Assembly (NCBI GenBank): GCA_002331145.1
Contig: DCYT01000002.1
Location: 23,337 to 87,336 of the forward strand
Direction: 5' to 3'
Source: Candidatus Minusculum obligatum
GTDB lineage: Bacteria; Patescibacteriota; Minisyncoccia; Phycocordibacterales; Phycocordibacteraceae
Length of the DNA stretch: 64,000 nt
Part shown: piece after piece, positions 24,741-34,645 of the stretch
How positions within the stretch are numbered: the stretch's first letter is position 1
How the letters are laid out: the number at the start of each line of letters is the position of its first letter
Notes under the pieces: model-generated
Databases searched by the model: none
Told to the model about the DNA's origin: nothing
What the model saw: only the letters and a program-made list of their open reading frames with translations
Program-made: the position numbers and the translations under genes

Positions 24741-27700
24741 ATGGCAGGACTAAACCAAAAGCATTTTGGGAAATACGTGGAGCCCCGCGTGGACTTCCCA
24801 GACTTGGTGCTTCACCAGCGTGAGTCATTCAAATGGCTTACAAAAGAGGGACTTGGAGAACTCTTCAATGAATTCTCACCAATCCCTGATTACTCAGGAA
24901 AGAAGTTCAATCTTTCATTTGAAAGTTTTGAAGTAGGAGAGCCAAAGTGCACTCCAGAACATGCTAAGGGAAATAAGCTAACGTACGATGCGCCACTACG
25001 TGCAACCGTAAAGCTAGAGAACAAGACATTTGGAGGAGAGAAGACTCAAGAACTCTTCCTTGCAGACATTCCGCTTATGACAGAGCAGGGTAGCTTTGTG
25101 ATTAATGGAGTGGAGCGAGTAATCGTTCCTCAGCTTGCTCGAAGTTTCGGAGTATTCTTCACAAGCGACATTGTTCGTGGACACGAGCAGTTTGGTGCCA
25201 AGATTATTCCAGCACGTGGTGCTTGGGCTGAGCTTGAGAGTGCTCCCGATGGAACAATTCACGTAAAAATTGATCGAAAACGAAAATTCCCCGTAACAAC
25301 ACTTCTTCGTGTATTTGGCGCAACTCGCGACAAAGACATGCTTGATCTTGTAGGAAAGAGTTCAGCTGCGAAGGAGGTTATCGCGAAGACTCTTGAGGAG
25401 GATCCAGCAAAGACTCCAGAGGATTCATTTATTGAGATCCATAAGCGACTTCGAGATGGAGACCTTGCAACAGCCGAGAACGCAAAGGAATTCATCAATT
25501 CAATCTTCTCAGATGAGCGGTACGATCTTTCACGAGTTGGACGATACCGATTCAACCACCGATTCAATCACTCTCTTGCCGAGAAGGAGCTTGATCGTCG
25601 AACACTATCTCTTGATGACCTTATCGACATTGTAATTAATATTGCGGAGCTAAATGCAGATCCAAATGCAACTCCTGACGATATTGATGACCTAGGATTC
25701 CGTCGAGTACGATTCATTGGAGAGCTACTCCAGCAGCGAATGCGAGTTGGAATGTCTCGAATGAAGCGAAACATTCAGGATCGAATGTCTACAATTGATG
25801 CTGAGACAACACTTCCAATGCAGATCATTAACCCGCGACCACTTGCGGCATCTGTAAAGGAATTCTTTACCGCAAACCAGCTATCTCAGTTCATGGATCA
25901 GCAGAATATCTTAGCTGAGCTTGAGCACCTTCGAACGCTTTCAGCGCTAGGGCCTGGAGGACTAAGTCGTGAGCGTGCTGGTATTGAGGTTCGAGACGTA
26001 CACCCATCTCACTATGGGCGACTTTGTCCTATTCACACACCTGAGGGACAGAACATTGGACTTATCCTGCGAATGGCAACACACGCACGAACAAATGACT
26101 TTGGAGTTATTGAGACTGCGTACGCAAAGGTGGAAAAGGGAATTGTACAAAAAGACGTTGTGTACCTAAATGCATTTGATGAGAAAGATTTCACAATTGC
26201 TCATGGTGCTATCAATGTAGATGATAAAGGGAAGATCTCAGATGAGTATGTAGAAGCCCGAAAGGGAGGAGAGCCTACACTTGTAGCTCGAAATGACATT
26301 GACCTTATTGATGTGTCTACGTACCAGATGTTCTCAATCGCAACAAACATGATTCCGTTTGTGGATCACGATGATGCTAACCGAGCGCTCATGGGGTCAA
26401 ACATGCAAAAGCAGGCGACTCCTTGTCTTATTCCTGAGGCACCACTTGTTTCAACAGGAATTGAGGAGCACGCTGCTCGAAATACAGGACGACTTGTGCT
26501 CGCACAAGAAGCTGGAGAAGTTGTGTTTGTGGATGCACGAAAGATTGAGGTGAAGAACAGTAAGGGAAAGAAGCAGGTATATCCTCTTACAACTCTTACT
26601 CAGACAAACCAGAACTCAGCATTTAACCACCGACCTTCTGTATCTCTTGGAGATAAGGTAAAGAAGGGAGATCTTCTGGCTGATGCTAGTTCATCAGATC
26701 ACGGACAGATGGCACTAGGACAGAATGCTCGAGTTGCCTTCATGACATGGTCAGGATGGAACTACGAGGATGCCATCATCATCTCAGAGAAACTTGTACA
26801 GGATCACAAATTCTCAACAATTCACATTGAGGACTTTGAGTCAGTAGTACGAGACACAAAGCTTGGAGCAGAAGTTACAACTCACGATATTCCAAACGTA
26901 GGAGAGCTACGACTTAAGAACCTTGATGAGGAGGGAATTATCCGTGTGGGAGCTGAAGTACGATCAGGAGATATCTTGGTTGGAAAGGTAACGCCTAAGG
27001 GAGAAACACAGCTAACACCTGAGGAGCGACTTCTTCGATCTATCTTTGGAGATAAAGCCAAGGATGTGAAGGACACATCACTTCGTCTTGAGGGAGGAAA
27101 GCGAGGACGAGTTATTGGCGTAAAGGTCTTCTCTCGAGAGCAGGGAGATAATCTTGAGAGTGGAATCATCAAGAAGATCGTTATTACCGTAGCGCAGGTT
27201 CGAAACGTAACAGTGGGAGATAAGCTTGCTGGACGTCACGGAAACAAGGGAGTTATCTCACGAGTACTTCCTGTTGAGGACATGCCGTACGACAAGAACG
27301 GAGATCCAGTTGATGTAATCCTTACACCTCTTGGAGTTCCTTCTCGAATGAACCTAGGACAGATTCTTGAGATGCACCTAGGACTTGCAGCGAATGCTGG
27401 AGGATATCAGGCTGTTGTTCCTGCCTTTGGAGGAGCGACTATGGCTGAGATTCAGGATGAGCTTGAAAAGGAAGGATTTGATCGTTCAGGAAAGCAGAAG
27501 CTATACGATGGACGAACAGGAGATTCCTTCGCGCAAGATATCGCGGTTGGATATATGTACATCTTGAAACTTCACCACATGGTGGAAGACAAGATTCACA
27601 TGCGTTCAATTGGACCTTACTCTCTTATTACGCAGCAGCCTCTTGGAGGAAAAGCGCAAAATGGAGGACAGCGATTCGGAGAGATGGAAGTGTGGGCACT

Positions 27701-27917
27701 TCTTGGATATGGATCAGCATATACGCTTCGCGAAATGCTAACCATCAAGTCAGATGACATTCAAGGACGATCAGCTGCCTTTGACGCAATCGTTAAGGGA
27801 GAGCCAATCACACAGCCAGGAACTCCAGCTTCATTCTCTGTATTGATGAATCAGCTGAAGGGACTTGCCCTAAATGTAGAGCTATTAGAAGAGGGCGATA
27901 GCGAAGAAACTAAGTAA
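24741..27917 (+). CDS. rpoB: DNA-directed RNA polymerase beta subunit, a short form (1058 aa)
   Basis: Conserved RpoB blocks throughout (RFGEMEVWAL, GRHGNKGVISRVLP, NMQRQA-like MGSNMQKQATP). Confidence 0.95.
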   Translation: MAGLNQKHFGKYVEPRVDFPDLVLHQRESFKWLTKEGLGELFNEFSPIPDYSGKKFNLSFESFEVGEPKCTPEHAKGNKLTYDAPLRATVKLENKTFGGEKTQELFLADIPLMTEQGSFVINGVERVIVPQLARSFGVFFTSDIVRGHEQFGAKIIPARGAWAELESAPDGTIHVKIDRKRKFPVTTLLRVFGATRDKDMLDLVGKSSAAKEVIAKTLEEDPAKTPEDSFIEIHKRLRDGDLATAENAKEFINSIFSDERYDLSRVGRYRFNHRFNHSLAEKELDRRTLSLDDLIDIVINIAELNADPNATPDDIDDLGFRRVRFIGELLQQRMRVGMSRMKRNIQDRMSTIDAETTLPMQIINPRPLAASVKEFFTANQLSQFMDQQNILAELEHLRTLSALGPGGLSRERAGIEVRDVHPSHYGRLCPIHTPEGQNIGLILRMATHARTNDFGVIETAYAKVEKGIVQKDVVYLNAFDEKDFTIAHGAINVDDKGKISDEYVEARKGGEPTLVARNDIDLIDVSTYQMFSIATNMIPFVDHDDANRALMGSNMQKQATPCLIPEAPLVSTGIEEHAARNTGRLVLAQEAGEVVFVDARKIEVKNSKGKKQVYPLTTLTQTNQNSAFNHRPSVSLGDKVKKGDLLADASSSDHGQMALGQNARVAFMTWSGWNYEDAIIISEKLVQDHKFSTIHIEDFESVVRDTKLGAEVTTHDIPNVGELRLKNLDEEGIIRVGAEVRSGDILVGKVTPKGETQLTPEERLLRSIFGDKAKDVKDTSLRLEGGKRGRVIGVKVFSREQGDNLESGIIKKIVITVAQVRNVTVGDKLAGRHGNKGVISRVLPVEDMPYDKNGDPVDVILTPLGVPSRMNLGQILEMHLGLAANAGGYQAVVPAFGGATMAEIQDELEKEGFDRSGKQKLYDGRTGDSFAQDIAVGYMYILKLHHMVEDKIHMRSIGPYSLITQQPLGGKAQNGGQRFGEMEVWALLGYGSAYTLREMLTIKSDDIQGRSAAFDAIVKGEPITQPGTPASFSVLMNQLKGLALNVELLEEGDSEETK

Positions 27918-27918
27918 T

Positions 27919-30900
27919 ATGCCTATGCGAAAACGAAATAATCTACATACCTTCGACACAATGGCGATTTCAATCGCACCGCCTGAGAAAATTCTTGAGT
28001 GGAGTCATGGAGAGGTAACAAAGCCAGAGACAATCAACTACCGAACACAGCGCTCAGAAAAGCATGGTCTTTTCGATGAGAAAATCTTCGGACCTGAGAA
28101 GGATTACGAGTGTTACTGTGGAAAGTACAAGGGAATTCGATACAAGGGAATTATCTGTGATAAGTGTGGAGTAGAAATCACACGATCAGTAGTACGACGT
28201 GAGCGAATGGGACACATTGAGCTTGCTACACCTGTATCACACATTTGGTTCTTGCGAGCCCTTCCATCACGAATGGCAACAGTGCTTGGAATGACATCAG
28301 CTGACCTTGAGAAGGTTGTCTACTTTGCAGGGTATATCGTTACTTCAGTTGCAGAGGCTGAGAAAAATCGACTTATCGCTGAACTTGATAACGAGTTCCA
28401 GACAAAGTTTGCTGCTGCAAAAGAAGCTGCAGAGAAGGATCGTCTAAAAGAACTTGCAACAAATACTCGAAATGAAATCGACGGAATTGTTGTGGGACGA
28501 GTTCTTGATGAGGTTGATTATCACCGATTCTCAGTAAAGTACTCAACTCTATTTGAGGCTGAGATTGGAGCTGAGGCCGTATTTGAGATCTTCAAGAAAC
28601 TTGATCTTGTAAAGCTTAAGGAGGATCTTGAAGAGCGATTCCCGAAAGCTGGAGCACAGGAGAAAGAGAAGCTTACAAAGCGGATCTCACTTATTTCAAG
28701 CATGATCAAGTCAGGTGTTAAGCCTGAGTGGATGTTCCTAACACGAATCCCAGTTATCCCGCCCGCAATCCGTCCAATGGTTGCACTCGAAGGAGGAAGG
28801 CACGCTACATCTGATGTAAACGACTTATACCGTCGTGTGATTAACCGAAACAATCGATTAAAGAAGTTGATGGATATTCACGCACCGGAGGTTATTCTTC
28901 GAAACGAGAAGCGAATTCTTCAAGAGGCTGTTGACGCACTTCTTGATAACTCAATCCGAAGGGGGACTGGAGGAGCACTAAATGCTAGTCAGCGACGACC
29001 GCTTAAGTCTCTTACTGACTACCTAAAGGGAAAGCACGGATACTTTAGGCAGAACCTTCTAGGAAAGCGAGTAGATTACTCAGGGCGATCTGTGATTGTG
29101 GTTGGACCATCTCTTGAGCTTGATGAGTGTGGACTTCCAAAGCACATGGCGCTTGAGCTATTTAGACCATTTATTATTGCGAAGCTTCTCGAGCGAGAGC
29201 TCGCCTTTAACATCCGAGGAGCAGGACGTCTTATTGAAGACTCTGTTCCTGAGGTATGGGAGATTCTTGAAGAGGTAATTGAAGGAAAGTACGTAATGCT
29301 TAACCGTGCTCCTACACTTCACCGTCAGGGAATCCAGGCATTCCGCCCAACTCTAATTGAGGGAAATGCTATCCAGCTTCACCCTCTAGTTTGTCCTGCG
29401 TTTAACGCGGACTTCGATGGAGACCAGATGGCGGTTCACGTACCGCTTTCAGAGGAGGCACAGATGGAGGCACGGGAAATTATTTCTGCAAAGAAGAACG
29501 TTCTTAAGCCTGGGTCTGGAGATCCTGTGATCTCAATGAGTCACGATATTGCACTTGGAATCTACTGGATGACACGTGCAGTTGAGGGTGCGAAGGGAGA
29601 AGGAAAAGCATTTGAATCTCCAAATGCTGCAATTACAGCACATGACTATGGCGTAATTGATTTCCGCGCAAAGGTACACGTACTTCCTACAGAGGATAAT
29701 CCAAAGTACGCAATCTTTAATGGGGAGCGATTTGAGACAACAGTTGGTAGGCTTCTTGCAAACTCAATCTTCCCTAAGGACTATGACTACATTAATGATG
29801 ACATCAACAAGAAGCGACTTGGACAAATCATCAACCAGCTTATTGAGCGATATGGTATCGACAAGATTCCAAGTATTGCTGACAAGATCAAGAAGTTTGG
29901 ATTCAAGTACGCAACCGATGGAGGAGTTACGTGGAGTCTAAGTGACATTAAGGTTCCTGAAGAGAAGGAAGGAATTGTTAATGAAGCTATCGAAAAGGTA
30001 CAGGAGCTTCGAGATCAGTACGATAACGGACTTATTACTCGAGATGAGCGAAAGCGAATGAGTACTGAGATCTGGTATAAGGTAAAGGAGGATATTGAGA
30101 AGACACTTCCTGCGACACTTGAGGAGCATGGTTCAGTTGCAACTATGATGAACTCAGGAGCGCGAGGAACAATCTCAAACCTTTCACAGATGGCAGGAAT
30201 GAAGGGACTTGTAACAAACCCCAAGGGAGAAGTTATTGAGTTCCCGATTATCTCATCTATGAGCGAAGGATTTACTCCGGTTGAGTACTTTATGAGTACC
30301 CACGGATCTCGAAAGGGACTTGCCGATACAGCCCTTGGAACAGCGAAGGCCGGATACCTTACACGTCGTCTCTTTGATGTGGCTCAAGACGCTATCATTT
30401 CTGAGGTTGATTGTAAGACAAAGCAGGGAATCAAGATCTCACGAGAGAGTGCTTCAGGAATCCAGAAAGACTTTGCAGAAAGTATTGTTGGACGGAATCT
30501 TCTTGAGGAGCTTAAGGATAAGAAGGGCAAGGTGCTATTCCCGAAGGGACACCTTATTACTCACCCTGATGCTCGTGTTATCGAGGAGTCAGATGTTGAC
30601 GAGCTAATGGCTCGGTCTCCAATGACATGTACTGCAAATCATGGAATTTGTCAGAAGTGTTATGGATCAGACCTAACTACTCGAGAAGAGATTGATCTTG
30701 GAGAGGCAGTAGGAACAATCGCCGCTCAAGCGATTGGAGAGCCAGGAACACAGCTAACCATGCGTACATTCCACGCCGGAGGTATTGCGGCAGCTGGAGG
30801 AGATATTACACAAGGACTTCCACGTGTAGAGGAGATGTTTGATAAGCGTCATCCAAAATCTCCTGCTGTTATCGCATCATGTTCTGGAACTGTTATTGAG

Positions 30901-31635
30901 GTAAATAACGAAGTTGGAGCAAAGACTATTGTTGTAGCTCCTGAGATTGGAGAGGAGAAGGGAGGAAAGAAGAACGACAGCGTTACCTTCAAGGTACTTC
31001 CTGCTCGTCTTCCTCTTGTGAAGGTTGGAGACAAGATTGAGAAGGGTCAGTTCCTAACTGACGGATCAGCTGATCTTCCAGATCTCTTCAAGTATGCAGG
31101 ACGTGAGGCAACACAAAACTATGTGATTTCTGAGGTAAGTAAGATTTACGAGCTTCAGGGAGCGCCAGTTTCTCACAAGCACATCGAGGTAATCATTCGT
31201 CAGATGTTCTCACGAATGAAGATTACCGAGGCAGGTGATGCGTCACTATCTCGAGGAGATGTGATCTCACAAGGTGAGTTTGCAGAACTTACTGCAAAAG
31301 CAAAGGAGGCAGGAACAGATGCGCCAAAGGCAGATCATCTTGTTTCTGGAATTACCGATGTAGCGCTTACAAGAAAGAGCTTCCTATCAGCTGCATCCTT
31401 CCAGCACACAACAAAGGTGCTTATCAACGCATCAGTGCGAGGGGCAACAGATACTCTACGAGGACTCAAAGAGAACGTTATTATCGGACGTCTTATCCCT
31501 GCAGGAACAGGATTCAAGGGATCTAAGAAGCAGGTGATGATCAAAGAGCTTCAGGACGAGAGAGACGTACGAGTAGCTCAAATACGAGCAGAGCGAGAGG
31601 CTCGAGAGGCAGAGGAGACAGAAACAACAAAGTAA
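27919..31635 (+). CDS. rpoC: DNA-directed RNA polymerase beta' subunit
   Basis: Zn-finger [22 protein letters not shown], catalytic [12 protein letters not shown], 1238 aa. The start is 1 nt after the rpoB stop. Confidence 0.95.
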   Translation: MPMRKRNNLHTFDTMAISIAPPEKILEWSHGEVTKPETINYRTQRSEKHGLFDEKIFGPEKDYECYCGKYKGIRYKGIICDKCGVEITRSVVRRERMGHIELATPVSHIWFLRALPSRMATVLGMTSADLEKVVYFAGYIVTSVAEAEKNRLIAELDNEFQTKFAAAKEAAEKDRLKELATNTRNEIDGIVVGRVLDEVDYHRFSVKYSTLFEAEIGAEAVFEIFKKLDLVKLKEDLEERFPKAGAQEKEKLTKRISLISSMIKSGVKPEWMFLTRIPVIPPAIRPMVALEGGRHATSDVNDLYRRVINRNNRLKKLMDIHAPEVILRNEKRILQEAVDALLDNSIRRGTGGALNASQRRPLKSLTDYLKGKHGYFRQNLLGKRVDYSGRSVIVVGPSLELDECGLPKHMALELFRPFIIAKLLERELAFNIRGAGRLIEDSVPEVWEILEEVIEGKYVMLNRAPTLHRQGIQAFRPTLIEGNAIQLHPLVCPAFNADFDGDQMAVHVPLSEEAQMEAREIISAKKNVLKPGSGDPVISMSHDIALGIYWMTRAVEGAKGEGKAFESPNAAITAHDYGVIDFRAKVHVLPTEDNPKYAIFNGERFETTVGRLLANSIFPKDYDYINDDINKKRLGQIINQLIERYGIDKIPSIADKIKKFGFKYATDGGVTWSLSDIKVPEEKEGIVNEAIEKVQELRDQYDNGLITRDERKRMSTEIWYKVKEDIEKTLPATLEEHGSVATMMNSGARGTISNLSQMAGMKGLVTNPKGEVIEFPIISSMSEGFTPVEYFMSTHGSRKGLADTALGTAKAGYLTRRLFDVAQDAIISEVDCKTKQGIKISRESASGIQKDFAESIVGRNLLEELKDKKGKVLFPKGHLITHPDARVIEESDVDELMARSPMTCTANHGICQKCYGSDLTTREEIDLGEAVGTIAAQAIGEPGTQLTMRTFHAGGIAAAGGDITQGLPRVEEMFDKRHPKSPAVIASCSGTVIEVNNEVGAKTIVVAPEIGEEKGGKKNDSVTFKVLPARLPLVKVGDKIEKGQFLTDGSADLPDLFKYAGREATQNYVISEVSKIYELQGAPVSHKHIEVIIRQMFSRMKITEAGDASLSRGDVISQGEFAELTAKAKEAGTDAPKADHLVSGITDVALTRKSFLSAASFQHTTKVLINASVRGATDTLRGLKENVIIGRLIPAGTGFKGSKKQVMIKELQDERDVRVAQIRAEREAREAEETETTK

Positions 31636-31638
31636 TCT

Positions 31639-33306
31639 ATGGCATCAAAAACGATCGAAGACATCAAAAATAAACTTTCGATCGTTGATGTTGTAACGCC
31701 ATACGTAAAACTCATTAAGGCAGGGAGGTATCAGAAAGGACTTTCTCCTTTCACCAAAGAAAAGACACCGTCATTTTTTGTTTCTCCCGATAGAGGTACG
31801 TACCATTGCTTTAGCAGCAATCAAGGTGGCGACATATTCACGTTCATTGAAAAGATGGAAGGAGTGGACTTTAAGGGTGCGCTCAAGATCCTTGCAGATA
31901 AAGCAGGTGTTGAGATTGTGTACGAAGCAAAAGGAAAGAAAGATGCTCGAGACAATCTCTACCAAGCTGTTGCATTAGCTGAGCAGTTCTACAAAGAGCA
32001 GCTACAAGCAAGTGATACTGCAAAAGAGTATGCAAAGGGTCGTGGAATCACTGGAGAAACTGCACGTGACTGGGGGATAGGGTATGCGCCAGATGACTGG
32101 CGAACCTTCCTCACTTACGCTGAAGGAAAAGGAATAAGTATTCCAATTCTTCTTAATGCGGGTCTCATCAAAGAATCTGATGGAAAGAAAGGAACGTACT
32201 ATGACAGATTTCGGAACAGACTTATGTTTCCGATTCGTGACATAGCTGGACGTACAGTTGGATTCTCAGGACGTACTCTAAGTACTGACAAAGACGAAGC
32301 AAAGTACTTAAATAGTCCAGAAACAGATATCTACAAGAAATCAGAACTTCTCTATGGCTTGGATAAAGCCAAACAAGAAATTCGAACTCGTGGGTATGTG
32401 CTTGTTGTAGAGGGGCAGATGGATTTGATGCTTTGCCATCAGGCAGGGTTTCTAAATACCATCGCACTCTCAGGAACTGCATTTACACAGACGCAGATGA
32501 GTCTCATCATGCGCTTTGCAAAGAATGTAATGCTTGCGCTTGATAGCGATAAGGCAGGAATTACCTCGGCTGAAAAAAGTGCAGCGCTTGCAATCTCTAT
32601 GGGGTGCAAGGTGAAGGTGGTTCCTATGCCAGAGGGTGAGGATCCTGCAGACATAATCGTAAAAGATGAAAAAGTCTTTGCGGATATGGTGGCAAAATCA
32701 GTACATATTATTGATTTCCTCACAGCGCACTACATGCATCTTGGGAAAGACACACGGGGTGCCCTAGAGCTTGTAGAGCAACATGTGATTCCACTCATTA
32801 AGGCAATTCCAAGTCCTATTGAGCGAGAGCACTTCGTAAAAGAAGTTGCAGGCATGCTCGATGTCTCATCGACATCAGTACTTGAATCAGTGAATTCAGC
32901 AACTGTTACGCCAAATACACAAGCTGTAGAGGTGAATGTTGCGCCAGCTTCTGTGGAAGTTGAGGACCAGGCAACAAAGAGAGTTCTCACACTCTCAGCC
33001 CTAACTATCCTTTATAAAGAACACCCTGCTATTTCAAGAATAGAAGAGGTGCTCAAAAAGTATGGTGGGAAGGTTGAGACTCCAGAGAAAACTCTCTTTG
33101 AGACAGAACAAGTATTTGGAGAGAATCCAAAGGAAGAAGACATTGAACTTTTTGCCACAGAGTGTGAAAAGGAGTTCATAAAAAACGAACTTGCAGATGC
33201 AGTCCAGAAACTGCGTCTTGCAGAGAAGGAGAGAGATGAGAAGTTGGTTGATGAGCTTTCTGCAAAAGTTGCAGAGCTCACAGGTACACTTCGAACATAT
33301 TCATAA
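31639..33306 (+). CDS. dnaG: DNA primase with a degenerate zinc-binding domain
   Basis: TOPRIM motifs ([26 protein letters not shown]). The N-terminal Zn-ribbon region [35 protein letters not shown] retains only 1 of the 4 canonical C/H ligands. Starts 3 nt after the rpoC stop. Confidence 0.9.
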   Translation: MASKTIEDIKNKLSIVDVVTPYVKLIKAGRYQKGLSPFTKEKTPSFFVSPDRGTYHCFSSNQGGDIFTFIEKMEGVDFKGALKILADKAGVEIVYEAKGKKDARDNLYQAVALAEQFYKEQLQASDTAKEYAKGRGITGETARDWGIGYAPDDWRTFLTYAEGKGISIPILLNAGLIKESDGKKGTYYDRFRNRLMFPIRDIAGRTVGFSGRTLSTDKDEAKYLNSPETDIYKKSELLYGLDKAKQEIRTRGYVLVVEGQMDLMLCHQAGFLNTIALSGTAFTQTQMSLIMRFAKNVMLALDSDKAGITSAEKSAALAISMGCKVKVVPMPEGEDPADIIVKDEKVFADMVAKSVHIIDFLTAHYMHLGKDTRGALELVEQHVIPLIKAIPSPIEREHFVKEVAGMLDVSSTSVLESVNSATVTPNTQAVEVNVAPASVEVEDQATKRVLTLSALTILYKEHPAISRIEEVLKKYGGKVETPEKTLFETEQVFGENPKEEDIELFATECEKEFIKNELADAVQKLRLAEKERDEKLVDELSAKVAELTGTLRTYS

Positions 33307-34583
33307 TGGCTACAAAGAAAACAACAAAAAAAGTAGTAAAAAAAAGCGTTACCAAAACGCCTAAAGCGGCAGCTGCACGTAAGTCAGCACCAAAAAAACC
33401 GGCAGCAACTAAAAAGACTGCGGTAAAGAAAACAACAACAAAGAAGGTAGTAAAGAAAGCAGCACCTAAGAAAGCTCCTGCTAAAAAACCAGCAGCTCCA
33501 AGAGGAAAAGCTGCAAAGATGCTCAAGCAGGCAGAGATGCTTGTAGACAAGGGGCGAGCGCGAGGATACGTAACATATAGCGAAATTCTTCGTGAGTTCC
33601 CAGAGATTGAGAAAGACATTGTCTTTCTTGAGGAACTGTATGAGCGATTTAATACAGTTGGTGTTGATGTGCTTGAAGGTGGAGGAATGCTTGAAAATGA
33701 TGCTGATGAGTATCTTCAGAATCGAAATGTATACAGAAAGGGAGAGGGGGGAGGATATGACTCAATTCAGATTTACCTTCGGGAAATCGGACAGTATCCA
33801 CTTCTAAATGCGGCGCAAGAGCGTGAACTTGCAAAGCGTATTGTAGAGGGCGATGAAGAAGCAAAGCATATTCTTGCACGAAGTAACCTACGTCTTGTAG
33901 TTTCTATTGCAAAGAAGTATGCAAACCGAAGTCCAGACCTTACACTTCTTGATCTTATTCAGGAAGGAAACATTGGACTATATAAGGCGGTAGAGAAGTT
34001 TGACTACACAAAGGGGTATAAGTTCTCAACATATGCTACTTGGTGGATTCGTCAGGCTATTACACGTGCGCTAGCCGATCAGTCACGAACCATTCGTATT
34101 CCGGTACACATGGTTGAGACAATTGCTAAGTACAAGCAGGTTTCTCGGCGTCTCTCACAGGCTCTTGGACGTGATCCTATGCCAGAGGAGATCTCAGTTG
34201 AGATGAATGTAGATGTAGAGAAGATTTATCAGATTGAGAAGATTAATCAAGACACTCTTTCACTTGAGAATCCTGTGGGGTCTGATGATGATGAGAAGTC
34301 TACACTCGGAGACTTTATCGCAGACGATAAACTTCCAACTCCAGATAAGGATACGTCAGAGCGAATCCTATCTGAGCAGCTTGAGGATATTCTCGATGAT
34401 CTTTCTGAGAAGGAGCGAAAGATTCTCGAGATGCGACACGGGCTAGCCGATGGTGTGTATCATACACTTGAGGAGGTAGGAAAAGAATTTGGTGTTACGC
34501 GAGAGCGTATTCGTCAGATTGAGGCCAAGGCACTTGAGAAGATTCGAAGTCATGAAAAATCTCGAAGACTAAAGAGTTATTAG
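33306..34583 (+). CDS. rpoD: RNA polymerase sigma-70 factor with a Lys/Ala/Pro-rich, histone-H1-like N-terminal extension
   Basis: Regions 1.2, 2, 3 and 4 present ([40 protein letters not shown]; [24 protein letters not shown]). The N-terminal ~75 aa are KKxxAxKK repeats. The start overlaps the dnaG stop (ATGA). Confidence 0.9.
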   Translation: MATKKTTKKVVKKSVTKTPKAAAARKSAPKKPAATKKTAVKKTTTKKVVKKAAPKKAPAKKPAAPRGKAAKMLKQAEMLVDKGRARGYVTYSEILREFPEIEKDIVFLEELYERFNTVGVDVLEGGGMLENDADEYLQNRNVYRKGEGGGYDSIQIYLREIGQYPLLNAAQERELAKRIVEGDEEAKHILARSNLRLVVSIAKKYANRSPDLTLLDLIQEGNIGLYKAVEKFDYTKGYKFSTYATWWIRQAITRALADQSRTIRIPVHMVETIAKYKQVSRRLSQALGRDPMPEEISVEMNVDVEKIYQIEKINQDTLSLENPVGSDDDEKSTLGDFIADDKLPTPDKDTSERILSEQLEDILDDLSEKERKILEMRHGLADGVYHTLEEVGKEFGVTRERIRQIEAKALEKIRSHEKSRRLKSY

Positions 34584-34600
34584 TCTCTGTAAAGAAGATA

Positions 34601-34630
34601 AGGAACAGCCACTTTTTAGTGGCTGTTCCT
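34601..34630 (+). terminator. Hairpin after rpoD, a likely terminator. A TATAAT box lies immediately downstream.
   Basis: aggaacagccact-tttt-agtggctgttcct: a perfect 13-bp stem. Confidence 0.45.
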
Positions 34631-34637
34631 GTATAAT
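34630..34637 (+). promoter_or_regulatory. -10 element (TG)TATAAT 9 nt upstream of the helicase-nuclease ATG. Suggests a leaderless transcript.
   Basis: tgtataat at 34630-34637. ATG at 34646. No SD is possible in the 8-nt gap. Confidence 0.35.
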
Positions 34638-34645
34638 GCCCCTAT

